Shown piece by piece: positions 38,939 to 51,800 of a DNA stretch of 64,000 nt. The position numbers and the translations under genes are program-made. Source of the DNA: Paraspadella gotoi (lineage: Eukaryota > Animalia > Chaetognatha); contig CM119264.1 in the NCBI GenBank assembly GCA_051294375.1, positions 15,969,245-16,033,244 of the forward strand. Direction: 5' to 3'. Every line of letters starts with the position of its first letter. Positions within the stretch are counted from its first letter, which is position 1. The notes below the pieces were generated by a model that was given only the letters and a program-made list of their open reading frames with translations, had not been told where the DNA came from and ran no database searches.

Positions 38939-39183
38939 GATTGACCAAATTATGCCAGTTAAGCAAATTATGTCTGTTGAGCAAATTATGTCACTTGACC
39001 AAATTATACCAGTTGACCACATTTTGCAAGTTGAAAAAAATATGCCAGTTAACCAAATTATGCCAGTTGACCAAATAAAGCAGGTTGATTAAATTATGCA
39101 AGTTGATTAAATTATGCCAGTCGATTTAATTATGCATTTGCAAGTTGATTAAATTATGAAAGTTGACCAAATTATGCAAGTTA
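38939..39183. repeat. Minisatellite, ~18-bp unit TTGACCAAATTATGCCAG
   Basis: About a dozen degenerate tandem units. Confidence 0.85.
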
Positions 39184-39614
39184 GTATTGGCACAGCTACT
39201 GGTAATGATTGATAGATCAATTGATTTATAGATTTTTTCATAGATTTATTAAGAAGTCTGTTATGATTTGTATAATCACAAATTGAGAGACTAGGCAGAT
39301 CCGACATTGTTTGCTCAAACTTGTTTTTCTCCAATTTTATCGTTTCTTCCAACGGAAATTCCATCATAACTGTTTCGATCGTTCCTTAAGTTAAGACTAA
39401 GTCTCGATTAGTGACACTGATACGCCTAGCAATCGCATCCATCTAAATCTGAAAACACAAAATTCATTTGAGAAGGCAGAAGATATCTTGAAAGAAATAA
39501 GTCATAAATGAAACGAAAACAAAAATGAGAGAGAGAGATAGAGAGAAAATTCGAGTGGTGTCAAAGACAATTCAGCCCACCCTACGCTCTTCAACAAGAA
39601 CTTGCTTTAAAGTT

Positions 39615-39829
39615 TTAATCAGCAATCATGGGAAACGGTGCTGGATTAAGGCGCGCGGCGTTTTTGACGAGGATTTTGTCGTACGTGAATGGGTGAAGAG
39701 AAACGCCGAAAGGGATGGCGACTCCCTGAACGCGGTGAAGACGCCCGTAGGACGGGGAGTCGATGAGATGAATCGAAGTGAGGTTGAAGCGGCCGGGTTG
39801 GAAGAAGCGCGTAGACGCGATCATTGGGC
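39615..39829 (-). CDS. MRPL39: Mitochondrial ribosomal protein L39, exon 4
   Basis: GPMIAST...HRVQGVAIP matches the mL39 C-terminus; caag acceptor, stop at 39615. Confidence 0.88.
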
Positions 39830-39869
39830 CTTGTGAGACAACAAAAAAAATTAATCACGATAACATCGT

Positions 39870-40164
39870 ACAAAAATTCATTGGTCCTTCCGTCCCTAAG
39901 TTGACGTCGATGTGGATAAGGCTGCCAAGTGCCCACTCAGCAGCACTGGAACGGGTCCTGGGCTTGGAACCAGGCTTAGGGGTTTCCCAGGCCCCCAAGG
40001 CGGTTTACGGCTATCCTCACGCTTCCCGCAGGGGAGGTACCAGGTTGGGATTGAACCCGGTACCTAGTGGTCATGAGCAGATGGCTTTACTCAATGAGCC
40101 ACAGGGTCACAAGTGAAGGTGTCATGCTTATAAACGGGGTGAACTTGGGCAATGCCCGACTACA
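39870..40164 (-). mobile_element. LTR-like unit with TATA, tRNA-like head and twister, family B (MRPL39 intron 3)
   Basis: Starts TGTAGTCGG; TATAA; A box TGGCTCATTGAG, B box GGTTCAATCCC; 3' end and TSD not resolved. Confidence 0.65.
39951..40029 (-). ncRNA. Twister ribozyme-like motif, type P5, family B
   Basis: GCGGG AA GCGT GA GGA TAGCCG TAA ACC GC CTTGGGGG-loop-CCCCTAAG CCTGG T TCC AA GC CCAGG A CCCGT; T1 TCC/GGA. Confidence 0.82.
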
Positions 40165-40238
40165 TATATTTTTTTAATGTTAGTTTGTTGTATTGATACA
40201 CTGATGCACACTAATTAGTAGTACAACAATTAAATTAC

Positions 40239-40495
40239 CCAAAGAAATGTCGATGTGATCCTTCAAACGATATAAAGTCACTGTCCCCACCGACCCCGCC
40301 ATATTGTCATAAGGAGCCTCGGGCTTAACGGCTCCCTCTGCGCGGGAAGAAGCCATCCTGCGCGATTTTTCCGCGATGGCGGGAATTTGAGAAACTTTAA
40401 AAGGGTCGTTGGCAAAAATGTCAGCGGCGACGGACTCGGAGACCTCGAGACGCTCGAATCTAGCATCTTCCCAGTGAAGTCGACCGGCTTGAGCG
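40239..40495 (-). CDS. MRPL39: MRPL39 exon 3
   Basis: FERLEV...IF..DPFK...VTLYRLKDHIDISLG; canonical splice sites with consistent phases. Confidence 0.88.
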
Positions 40496-40555
40496 CTGGC
40501 AGAAAGACAGTGGTTGGAAGGAATTGCGTTCACGATCTTTGGATTTTTTTTTTTA

Positions 40556-42510
40556 CATGGTGACAATTTTAAACCCGCCGCTAAAAAACGCTGCCATTTG
40601 AAAACCTTAAAAGATTTTTTTAATGTTAAATACTAATTTAAAAATAAAAATGACAATTATTTATTTGTACGAATTATAAATGAATCGATTTTGATATGCC
40701 CAAGCAGATAGAGGGTAGGATTTCACCGGATTCCCCCATTTCTCTTCCAAAATGTCGCTCGAGAGTCGAGACACCTTTTCTTCTTCCTCTTCCGCCTCTT
40801 TTCCTCCCTTTCCCTTCCAACTCATCGAGCGACGACAGAAGGAGCAAAGAGAGAGATTTTAGTTCTGTCTTCTGGTTAAAACTTAGCATACTGTGTGCCC
40901 GATCTGGCATAATTTAAGACAGTTCAGGTTCTGGCATGTAGCATACAATCTGGCATATTCCAAATATGAAAAAAAATTTAAGTTTTCTGATTTACCGCAT
41001 TGGACAAAGTATGAAAAACACTTCCTTTGGCAATATAAATCTGTATTAAATATGCTATTTGCTTATTTTATTATTTACTTTGATAACAATTGTTTGAGAA
41101 CAGGAACGGATTGTTAGCATTTAAACAATAAAGCCAAAGTATTTGGTTAATACCGATTTTCCTCTAAGATGCTTGAGTAGTTCTGCAATACAAGTAATAG
41201 TATGTTGAAGTAACTTTACAAGTGCAAGATACGAATGGCATCAGTTGATTGGTTGGTCTATTTAAAAATTACTTCTGCAACAGAAGTAATACCGGTAATA
41301 TGGCAAAAAGTATTTTTGTCTTTTTTTGTTCTTCTGTCTAAATGATTTTTCATAGGCTCTAATAACAATCATTTCTCCATACTCCCATAACAGTTTTGCA
41401 TTAAATTAGCTTTAGGATAATTCAAAGATTAAAGAAAATTTAAATTTCTTAAAAAAATTTCTAAACATTTTTATATATTATTAAATATTAAAATGCTTCC
41501 ATGCATGAGGAAAATTAATTTAATCAAAATCTAACATCATAAGTAAATATTATATATTATTTGTGCTAAAGCTCAATTTGAGCTCCATCTTATTTCTTAA
41601 ATTTCACTTTTTCAGTCACTTTGCTATCTCTCATTAAATGTAATTTTTCAAACTTTTTTTTTTGGTTATTTTTTTTTTTCTGTCCATTTATTTTTCTGTA
41701 CATTTATTATTTAGTTAATTGTTAAAATCACTACTATTTACTATTTAGTCTGTGCTATGTATAACAGAGATGTAAAAATTTGAAAATGTATAATTTACTC
41801 ACCCTCTCTCTCTCTGTGTCTCTCTTTCTCTCTATCAAGTTTTACTTCCTTTTCACAACTAACTCAATCTGTCCCTAACTTCAACCTGTGACCACTATTC
41901 TATCTCACCTCTGGGTTGGAAAACTTTCACCCTCTCTCTCTCTCTCTCACACTCTTCTTTAGCACAAATATTTCAAATAATTTTAAAATTATAAACGCCG
42001 AAAAAAACATGTCAAAATTACTGTAGTGGTACATAATAACATGTATTAACAATAATGCATAACAGAGAGAGACGTTAATGATAAAAGGTTGTGAGAAGAG
42101 ACTGACGAGAGAGAGAGAGAGCCAATGACCAAGTAAAGAGAGAGAGAAAGAGAGAGTGAGAGAGAGAGTGAGACTGGTCAGTAACCGGCTTCTCTCGCGA
42201 CCCTACAACATAGTGACCAACTAGTGTCAACCCCGTGGTGGCGAAACCTTCGTCGCCATATTACATATATTTTGTTTGCTACAGCAACAAAGTATAAAAA
42301 CACTTAAATTAAAAAAAGAAAACAGTGAGTTGGAAGATGAAAGCCCATTTTCAAAGCCAACTTTCTCCACTCATTAACTGATCAATATAAAATTTATTCA
42401 CAAATGATTTTAGTATCTTTTACTACTTTTAAAATTTAAAATTCATGAAATAAGCACTGGTTTGCAAATGGCAGCGTTTTTCTAGCGACGGTTTTGTAAT
42501 TGTTCCCATG
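40556..42510. mobile_element. Tc1/mariner-type TIR element filling MRPL39 intron 2
   Basis: ta|CATGGTGACAATTTTA ... GTAATTGTTCCCATG|ta; same TIR family as 55155-56041. Confidence 0.75.
42022..42260. mobile_element. Solo-LTR-like element
   Basis: TGTAGTG...CGCCATA, 4-bp TSD TTAC; related copy ends at ~23523. Confidence 0.75.
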
Positions 42511-42518
42511 TATTTTAC

Positions 42519-42824
42519 CTTAAACATTTTAATTCTTCGTTCGTCGGAGACCAGTCTCCCAGTTCTTTCCCCAGGTCCACATCGTAAACAAAACTACCGG
42601 TAGACGGATTCGGAGGTGGGAAACTGCACAGGCGCACTCGAGAAGAAAGCTCGTCTTTGAAAGAATTCTCCAACAGCATGCCCAGCACGAAGGAACATGA
42701 ACGCCAGAAAGTCAGGTTACAAATGCTTGGTTCTTCTTCGTGAAAGTGACGCAATTCCAACCCGCCGCCAAAATCCAAGGGACGATGCATGTCCCATGGT
42801 TTGCCGTCAAGCAAGGCCAAAACA
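42519..42824 (-). CDS. MRPL39: MRPL39 exon 2
   Basis: VLALLDGKPWDMHRPL, FWRSCSFVLG, GSFVYDV motifs of mL39. Confidence 0.92.
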
Positions 42825-42883
42825 CTTGACGAAAAAAAAATAGCGTAAAGTATTCTGTAACAATGGTACTAAAAGTGTAAGTA

Positions 42884-43605
42884 AACAAGTTTGAGCAAAC
42901 AATGCCGGATCTGCCCACGATCATTAGCGGTAAGCAGCTGATCAGATAAATAAATAATTAATTAATTAATTTATATTATTTTTTTTATTTCGTGTCAAAA
43001 TCGTTTTCCACTTTGTTTCACCTCTCAATCACAACACAATCTCGATCACAAAATTAATTAATTACAAATAATTAATTACTTATTTCTTAATAATTAATTA
43101 ATGCAGCATGAAATTACATTTAATATAAAAATATCAAAAAACTATCAAATAGTGAAATAGATTGTTTGTTTTTTCAATTTTAACTCATTTCCACTTGGAC
43201 GATTCCATCAATGATACTCTTTCCTTCCCACCTACAAAATTTGAAGTCAATCGCCCCATTTACTAGTGAGTAATTGGCGTTCAAATAGTGAAATATATTT
43301 TTTTGTTTTTTCCATTTTATCTCATTTCCACTCGGACGATTCCATCGAAACTTGATTTCCAGCTCAATCACACACTTTCCTACCCACACACAAAATTTAA
43401 TTCCAATTCCCCCGTCAAATCAAGAGTAATTGGTGTATTTGGCTAAGGTGGGACGGACAGACGGACGGACGAACATTTTTTTTGCATAATTTATCATAAT
43501 TCGATGTTCTGACATGATGTAAGGGAATGCCCGACAAGATTGGGGTGGCGGACCGACAAAGTAAATTATCGAGCCGGAATCTGCTGTATGCAGATCCGGC
43601 TAAAA
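42884..43605 (-). mobile_element. HINE family 1, complete copy
   Basis: Both termini, subterminal inverted repeats and (GTCC)n present. Confidence 0.8.
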
Positions 43606-44838
43606 AAACTAAAAAAGCAATCGCATAAAAAAATCTGTACCCATGACAAACTTTGATACTAAAACAAAAAATCATATTTGATACAGGAAACTAAATTTTA
43701 TACATAACAAACTTGGCTTAATATAAAAAACAATAAATAAATACATAATTCATAAAATTCATCTCCTTGTATTTTGATGCTAGTGTGGACTGTGGAGTAC
43801 AATAAGTATTCCCCGATCAAATACTTAAGGGAGTGGTCTTTTCATACAATTGAAACATTCTTTGAAATATTTTCCACTTCATTGATAGGGAAGCCAGGTA
43901 CTCTGGGAGTTATTAAACGAAACTGTGAGAGAGTCTTGATTGAAAGCTTGCAGGGACCTGCTATGTCATTATCTTATAAGAATGATGGAGGCCTTAAACC
44001 ACCAAAGCCTGTTGGACATAAACTCTCGTCGTAATCCGTCGATCTTATTTACCTTTTGTAAAAGTGTTTAAAAATATAAACAATCGATATTTGTTTACAA
44101 ACAATACAGTTCATCGTTATTTCATTGCTTTGTTTAATCATGATTTCATTCGTTACAGATCGAATTAATATTAATTAGCCATCGTCGGGGTTTAGTATTG
44201 GTTTTGTATTGGTCTACATTATTTGTATTGAGTGGCTAAGCCGAGCTTACCTGAGAGGTCATTGCTATTATTATTGCTTACCGATGCTTGCTCTATTGCT
44301 TTCTTCGAGTTCTTGTTTTATAAAGACTCGTTAAACCCTGCGATATTGATTCTCTCAGAAGGTTGAGCAAGAGACGGAAGCTGAGCAAGAGACGGAAAAC
44401 CCAGCTCATCAAGCCTGTTCAAAGTCAGGGGCAAGATAGATTATTTATTAAATGAATGGATAATTTTTATATTGGTTGTCCCAATTTTATAAATATAAAT
44501 CAACATAAATAAATAAATAAAAATGAAATGAAATAAATGAATAAAATAAAATAAATTAAATGAATGAAATAAATTGAATGAATGAATTAAATTTATTTAA
44601 TTTAAATAAATGAAATAATTGAGATAAATAAATTTTATTGAATAAATATATTTAAATGTAAAAACTGAATGAATTAAATTGAACGAATTAAATTGATTTA
44701 ATTTAATTTCTAAAAATTGAATGAATAAATAAGTGAGAGATAAAAATAAATTTGAGCAATGATAATTTAGCGGTAATCAGCTAATCTGATGATAAATCAC
44801 GATATTTCTTTTAATTTGTGATCCTAACTGATCATTAA

Positions 44839-45421
44839 GGCGTAGTAAAATTTCTAAATTTAACTTTAATTAAAATTCTAAAAGTGAGGAATGAACAACA
44901 TTATATTAATGAACATTTATGTAATAAAAAAATTTATAATATATTTTACAATTTACACAGTAGGCCATATTTATACTAGTACTAAACAAATGTTAAAATT
45001 TCAAAACAGTTTTTTTTAAGATTCGGATTCGTCTTAAAAAGTTGGTAAAAAGAAATTTAACTCTTTTTGAAAAATTCCTTCATTAAGTGGGTCAAAAATT
45101 AGAAAAAGCTATATTATAAGCTGAAAATTAACTTTTTATATATTAAATAGTTTTTTTAATTTTTAACCCACTTAAAAGAAAATATAAATCATTTTTAAAA
45201 ATTCTTTCATTATCAACTTTTGACGAGGAATTCAAATCTGTAATCAAAATAAAGAAAAGCCTATTTAAAAATTTTTCGATTTTATAAGGATAGTACTATA
45301 TATAAATATAGCCTACTGCAAAAATTAAAAAACAAAATTTTTTTTTACAAATTAATGTTCACTGATGGTATGTTGTTCATAATTGACTTTTAGAATTTTT
45401 GTATGTAACTTTCACTACGCT
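44839..45421. mobile_element. TTAA-flanked TIR element (Kolobok-like), family 2
   Basis: ttaa|GGCGTAGTAAAA ... TTTCACTACGCT|ttta. Confidence 0.6.
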
Positions 45422-47570
45422 TTATTGAGCAGGGAATAAAGTTTCGATGGAATTGTCCATTGTCCAAGTGGAAATAAGTTAAAATAGATAAAATAAACAA
45501 TCTTTTTCACTATTTGATTATGCTTTCTTTATTTTTATATTAAATGTAAATTCAAGCTGCATTAATTAATTATTAATAAATAAGTAATTAATTATTCAAG
45601 ATAGAGGCTCACCCTATCGCCAGGGCCTTTCTCCCCCCGGGTCTTCTCTCCCCCTTCTCAACGTCTCCTCCTCCACCTCCTCCTTTCGCCGTCCCCTACT
45701 CCTCTTTCCCGAGTCACGAATCAGAGTTTTGGAGATCGGCAGTTCATCTTCTCCTCTCGGTCTCGGGGTCTGCAAACCTTCCCTCCCCCTTCTATGTACC
45801 CTTGATACCCTTTGTTATATCTGTTTTCCTACTACCATTACATACTTACCCTACTTACCTCTTTTACCTGATGAGAGACTAGTCAGAACCTACCTTTAGC
45901 TAGATACCCATCTTCCCAGTTGTTAATTATTTGTAATTAATTAATTAATTAATTATGAGATCGAGATTGTTGATTTGTGATTGAGAGGCGAGACAAAGTG
46001 GAAAACGATTTTGACACGAATAAAAAAAATATTATTAATTAATTAATTACTTAATTAATTATCGTGGGCAGATTCATTGTTGCTCAAACTTGTTCTTTAC
46101 TAATTCAATAAACTCTAGATACTATTTTCTTATCTATAGTCAATGTTGTAGATGTGCCAGGGTAACAAGGTCGCACCCTGGTCGCAGAAGATTGCGTAGC
46201 ATGAGGTGAAATCGTTAAAAGAGGTTCAAGTATATTTAATGTTAACTTCATTTAACTAGGGAGATTTGACAGATTTAAGAAGTTGATGAGTAACATTCTC
46301 CTCCGAAGCTAAAAATGAGACTTTTTAGTGTGCCCTTAAAGACCTTCCTTCATCCATTTTAATTAATAATTGGGTTCACATTTCTTTAACACGTTTGTAA
46401 ATTGTCCGTTCATTGAAAAAAAGGGAGAGACAATAATTTTAAGTTTATGATACATGCGTGGCATGTACATGACCGCCTATCCCAGGGTTAATATATTTTT
46501 TTAAAAATTAATTTTAAAAAAGCTAAAATTGATTTAAACTTGTTTTTAACCTTTATAAATTACGGTATTTACTGAACTGTTGTCGTAAGCAAAATCAATT
46601 CAGAAAAGCAGAGTATCATTCGGCAGATATGCAATTCAGCGAATCATTTAGTTTAATCAAATTCTAGACAAAAACTTTCGGTTATTATTATTAATATCTA
46701 AAAATGAATTAATAAAAAGCAATATTATAAATAGCTTTAGCATGTCATTTTCTCGATCTAAATCGGTTTCCAACTGTGTTTTTATGTAAATAAAAAAATT
46801 ACTGACTTAGTCATGGAATTATGTTTTTTGCGCCAGTCACATGACTAACGCTTTTGTAACACCCTAGAACATATTTTTAAACACTTAAACACTACACCAA
46901 TAGATAGCCCATAAAAAGACGAATCGATAGACATGCTCCTTCGAGGTCTATGAACATTTCTCCCGGTCAAAATTGTATCTTAGAGTTATACCTAAATTTT
47001 AAAAATTTAAAAAAGCTAACTCCTGTAGTTATTACATAAAGTAATTCAATTACTAATTGGTATTTTTTTTTGGCTAAATTTAAAACAAAATGATTGATTG
47101 ATTGATTGTTAATTTGGTTAAATGATTTATTGATAATTTTTTTAATTCATTTGTTATGTTCCTCTCTCTTTTTATTTATGAATTTTCTTGTCACATTCAT
47201 CATTGTAAATCATAACGTCAATTAATGATTATTATCTTATCTACTATTATTTAATCAAATGGTTATCATTAAGGGAAAAAATTATATATGTTAAAAAAAT
47301 TATGCAAGTTGAAAAAATAATGCAAATTCCAAAAATGACATAAGTTAAAAAAATAATGCAAATTCAAAAAATTATGCAACTTAAAAAATATTATGTAAGT
47401 AAAAATAATGAACAAAATATTAAATTATTTTATTTATTGGTAAAATATTTTTTTAAATTATAATGTGCTGCAGTTCAGTCTAATCCATTAAAAACGATTT
47501 ACATTTATTGGCGTTCGCCACAAATTCTTTGACTTATTGATTGACTTAGAGATGACAAAAAATAATAGTG

Positions 47571-47778
47571 TATGGTAAAATCCACCAACCGTTCATCAGC
47601 GGCCATTGGTGCCGGAGGCAGGTTATTCGCCTCCCAACCCAAAGGGGTTTCTAGTCGGGTGGTCTCCGAGCAGTTAAGAAGAGGGATGGGGCACTTAACC
47701 CACCTGTAACATGGTGTTACAGCCTGATCCGAAGCTCAGGGTTCTGTCACTAACACAACAATAATTACTGTCTCTTCA
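47571..47778 (+). mobile_element. Family A solo-LTR-like copy 3 with decayed twister (47670-47741)
   Basis: TATGG...CTCTTCA, flanks AGTG/CGTG; small deletions and CpG-type transitions. Confidence 0.8.
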
Positions 47779-48424
47779 CGTGATTATTATATGTTTAGCT
47801 GATTACTGCTAAATTATCGTAGGCAGATCCGACATTGTTTGCTCCAACTTGTTACACTACCAAAGCCATGTATTGCTTAAAATTGACAAAAAGAAGATAA
47901 ACTTTAAACCTTTGCTTATATATATTTACAATTGTTAAAGTTTTCATTTAAAAATGTGGCTCAAAAGAAGAGCAGAAACTGATGTATAGTCAGCGGTCAT
48001 TGCTTGCCTAGTACTCAATCAAATTGGCAATTAATGATCAATTGACGTTTGTGGGGTTCTAATAAAAGGTTTAAATATATTAATGGAAGCCAGAAAGAAA
48101 ATTTTTGTGCCGGTCCCTATGTGAGCCAAAATCCTTTTCGACTTAAATCCTAACGACGGAGGAGATCGAGACGACGAAAGCATGACCTTAACTTCAGTAG
48201 TTAAATTATAATTTAGATTATTAGTTATTAAAATATTGATAGAACCAATATAAAAATTACCCAATACCCATTCATTAAATAAATAAGCTATTAAGGCCTC
48301 GATCCCTTCTCCAAGAAAATAACCATGCAAGCTTTCAATCAAGATCGTTTATTCTTAAGTAAGTCACATGAATTTGAAGACGATAAAAAAAACACTTGAG
48401 GCATTAAAGGCAGAAAAAACATAC

Positions 48425-48717
48425 CTCCTTTCAACCAGATACTCCTCAAGGTGTTTGGCGCAGTCGTAAGGAGTCGATTGACCCCGGTTCATTATTAATT
48501 CAGCGTTATAAGGCCCATTTTCTAAAGTAACTCGAACCTTCTCCACCCGCGAACGGCGAGACCGTCTCTGCCTTTCTGCCTCCTCATCGAAGAGAGCGTT
48601 GCGACGGTCTCGGAAAGCAGAGGAGGCGGAGTTGAGGTTACGAGCCCAAAGTTGAAATTTCCAAGCAGAAACTCTTCCCCGACAAAGAGGCGTAAGGAAC
48701 TGTGTTAGTTTTTTCAT
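48425..48717 (-). CDS. MRPL39: MRPL39 exon 1
   Basis: Basic presequence-like MKKLTQFL..., then RRNALFDEE..RQ..RVEKV...MNRGQSTPYDCAKHL; AG|GTAT donor. Confidence 0.88.
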
Positions 48718-48822
48718 GACGAGTAATCTCTTCACTAAAATTCTATAACAAAAAGATTGTCCGAATTTAACATCTGAAATAAAGCTTACACCGATGAAAA
48801 CCATAAAATTAACAAGATTAAT

Positions 48823-51800
48823 CTATTCGAGTAATCGATTCAAGACTTCGATCTGAGTCACAAAAGGTAAAATCCTCATCGCAATGAGAATCGTTTTGCG
48901 AAACAAACGCGATGAACAAGGCGCCCCAGATAGTCTACCCGTGTCATTTTTATTGTCATGACATATTTGACCGCTTTTATTTCGATTTCGATTCGATACC
49001 ATATCCACCTGACTCCTTGCTCCAGATGCCAGTTTCAAGAAGAAGAGAAATACCGGGTCACGATCGGCGTCCGCGGAATTAAATCCCGACAATTTTTTAG
49101 CGGCTAAGCGGCCTGTGAATTCGGCGATGCGGAGAATGATGAAAAGGCTGAAGTGAAAGCCGGATTCTTCGTTTAGAGAACGAACGTTTATGAAATCTAT
49201 TAGAGTCGAGTAAAGTTGAACAAAATTCATGACGATTAGATGGGAGCATTCAGATGATTTTCCCGCTGCGATATGAATCCCGGCATGTTCTAACGTAAAT
49301 AACAAGCGCCACGCATTAGTTACCATTCGCCCAACAATAAACCACGGTCGAAGTATTTGGGTGTCGTATTCCCGAAGGAATTTCAGAGGGGAATCCGAAT
49401 CCTCGTTCACCTCTGGAGCAATCCAATTTTTTTCGACCGCATCGAGCATAAAAGCGACGATTCCTCTGCAGCGATTCTTATCGAGAGTCTTGATGAGAGT
49501 TGCTAGAATCGTAATCGCAGAAACTTCATCGAGACAGCCAGTGACGGTTTTGTCGGAGCAGCCCAAAGATGGGTGGAGAGAGGCCGCCGCCACGAACAAA
49601 TGGATCCAATCCTCAGTTCCTCGCGGTGACGCCAATGAAGTCCAAAGCGTCTTAGATGCTTCTATCGCGTTTCGGCATTTTGGTTCTATCGCGGTAGAGG
49701 CTTCAATAAAGGCCGCGGCCGTTGAAAATGAAAAAGATTGGAGAATAAAGGAAGTCAGCCATGCAAACGAATCATCGCTTGTGGGCAAAGATAGAGCCAA
49801 AGATGCAGCTAACCTCGTGGCTTCCGTCTTAAGATAAACGTCGGGGAGGAAATGAAGCGTCGAAGAGTCCACGATTCTCAGGAGGCGCATTATGACGTCA
49901 AAGGGTTCAGCGATGAGTGTCAGCCACTTACACGCAGCACGTCCTTTTCGCGTGAGGTTTACCAGAAGTTCTAAGCTAAAAGACGCGGATGGGTTGGCAG
50001 GGTCGAGAAAGGCTACAAGAAAATCCATAATAATTCTCTTTGCAGTCGAATAGAATGGACGTGAAGGGTCGTGGCGAAAACGAGGTTGAAAAGCTGTGAG
50101 CGTCTCGACAATAAAGTGCTTAAAGCAGAATCGCTCCTTCTCAGTCAGAGAGACATTAAAAGATAAAAAAATATCGCGAAGAAAGTCAAAAAAGACATGC
50201 CCTACGCCACCCTTTTTATCGCTTTCGCCGTTTTCAACGCTCATCACCAAAAAAGGAATACGATCGATAATCTGTAAAACTGCGACAGATTTTTCTGTTG
50301 ACGTCAAAATTTGGCGGAAAAGTAGTTCAGCCGTTCGTCTGGCGTCTTTTAAGCAAAGGTCCAGGATTCTATTCAAAGAAACTTGAAACTCTTTGAGGAG
50401 CGAGGAATCAACGAGTCGATTCAACATAATTGTGGCTGCCTGTTCGAATTCGGTAATAGCTTCGTTGTTGGTGGGCAGAAGAAAATTAACGAGCGTTACG
50501 TTCGATTGTAGCCAAAAAAGAAAACGGACTTTCTGTTTGATAGATGAGGCTGTGAAAGACGTTATGAAAATAGATTTTAAATGTTGGGCTACTGCCGGAT
50601 CGGCGATTGCCGTCGTTGCCAATAATTCCTTCATTAACCCTTCTTCTAAAGCAAACAATTCACAGTTGACGCAGAAAAACTCGGAATATTCTGACAACCA
50701 AAGGGAGTCCTTAACGACCTGGCGCATGCAGGCAATCCTCAGATGTTTAGGAGAAGAACGGCTAATGAGCAGTTCCATTATGCTAGTCTTTGTAGGTTTA
50801 ATCGCGAATAGGTACTCTTCTCTTGCGACGGATATAACTTTCAAAAATTTCAGCAAAAAAATTTCAATATCTGGAGTCTTCAGCTCCGTTAAGAATATAA
50901 GGTTAATGGCCGAGCGAACCGTCTGGACTAGAGATTCCTCCTTTTCACGGATAAAAGCTGTTTCAGATAGACCAAAATTAATTGGTGTTGAAGCTCGAAA
51001 AAATTCCTCAAGAGACACAAGAAACTTGGAATTACAAAGACGCGTCAACGTTGTTTTTAACAATCGAGACACCATCCAATGATGATTCTTATTCATCGGA
51101 TGAATGTCTTTGGTGGACGAATAAGTCAACATTGTGTCCGGTGGATTCTCTGCCAGGTCCTCATCGATTTTGCTAGAAATGAAGCGCGATGCTTTGCCAA
51201 GCTTTTTTGACATCTTCTCTGTCTGATATATAACATTGTTAGCGGTTGTGAAAGAAAACTGGAACTCTAAATTTTGGTCGCCTCCACCATGTACCTGCCC
51301 TAAAAGATCAAGTAGGTCATTCTGAGTTTGCTTCAAAAAATCGCGATGGATCCAGTACAAGGGAAAAAGGGAAGCCGCGCTTCTTGGAGGGGTCCCTAAT
51401 TGAGCCTCTTTCCAACACACGATTAATGTGACCAACAGCTCGAAAACGATGCCGGTAGAAGCGTGAGAAAGCCAATCAGCTTCAACCATAACAATTAATT
51501 GTCTAATTAGCGACAGAAAATTTTCGTCGTCATTTTCTCCGAAGACGAGAGTATTTTGAAATATAGCGAGAAAATGGAAGAAGGAGACAAGTCTTGGGAA
51601 TGAGTTTAGATCGCTGTCGGATTCCATCTCCACCAAAAATGATGGCCATACATCCGCCTGCAATGCCGGTTCCAGTTGCAACACTGCCTTTGCCAGAGCT
51701 CGGACCCATTCCGTCCCAGCTGATCGGGTGAGCTCCGACAAAAAATTCGGGGGAAAGCGAGAGATGGAGTTTACAGCGCCCTCCAGCGCCGAACCGTCGT

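Noticed and set aside
38939-39183. CRISPR-like array
   Set aside because: Tandem units with no unique spacers in a eukaryotic context; a minisatellite
43770-44030. Possible zinc-knuckle or LINE ORF1 remnant
   Set aside because: Multiple stops and frameshifts; repeated at ~38140 and ~48290 but not assignable by eye
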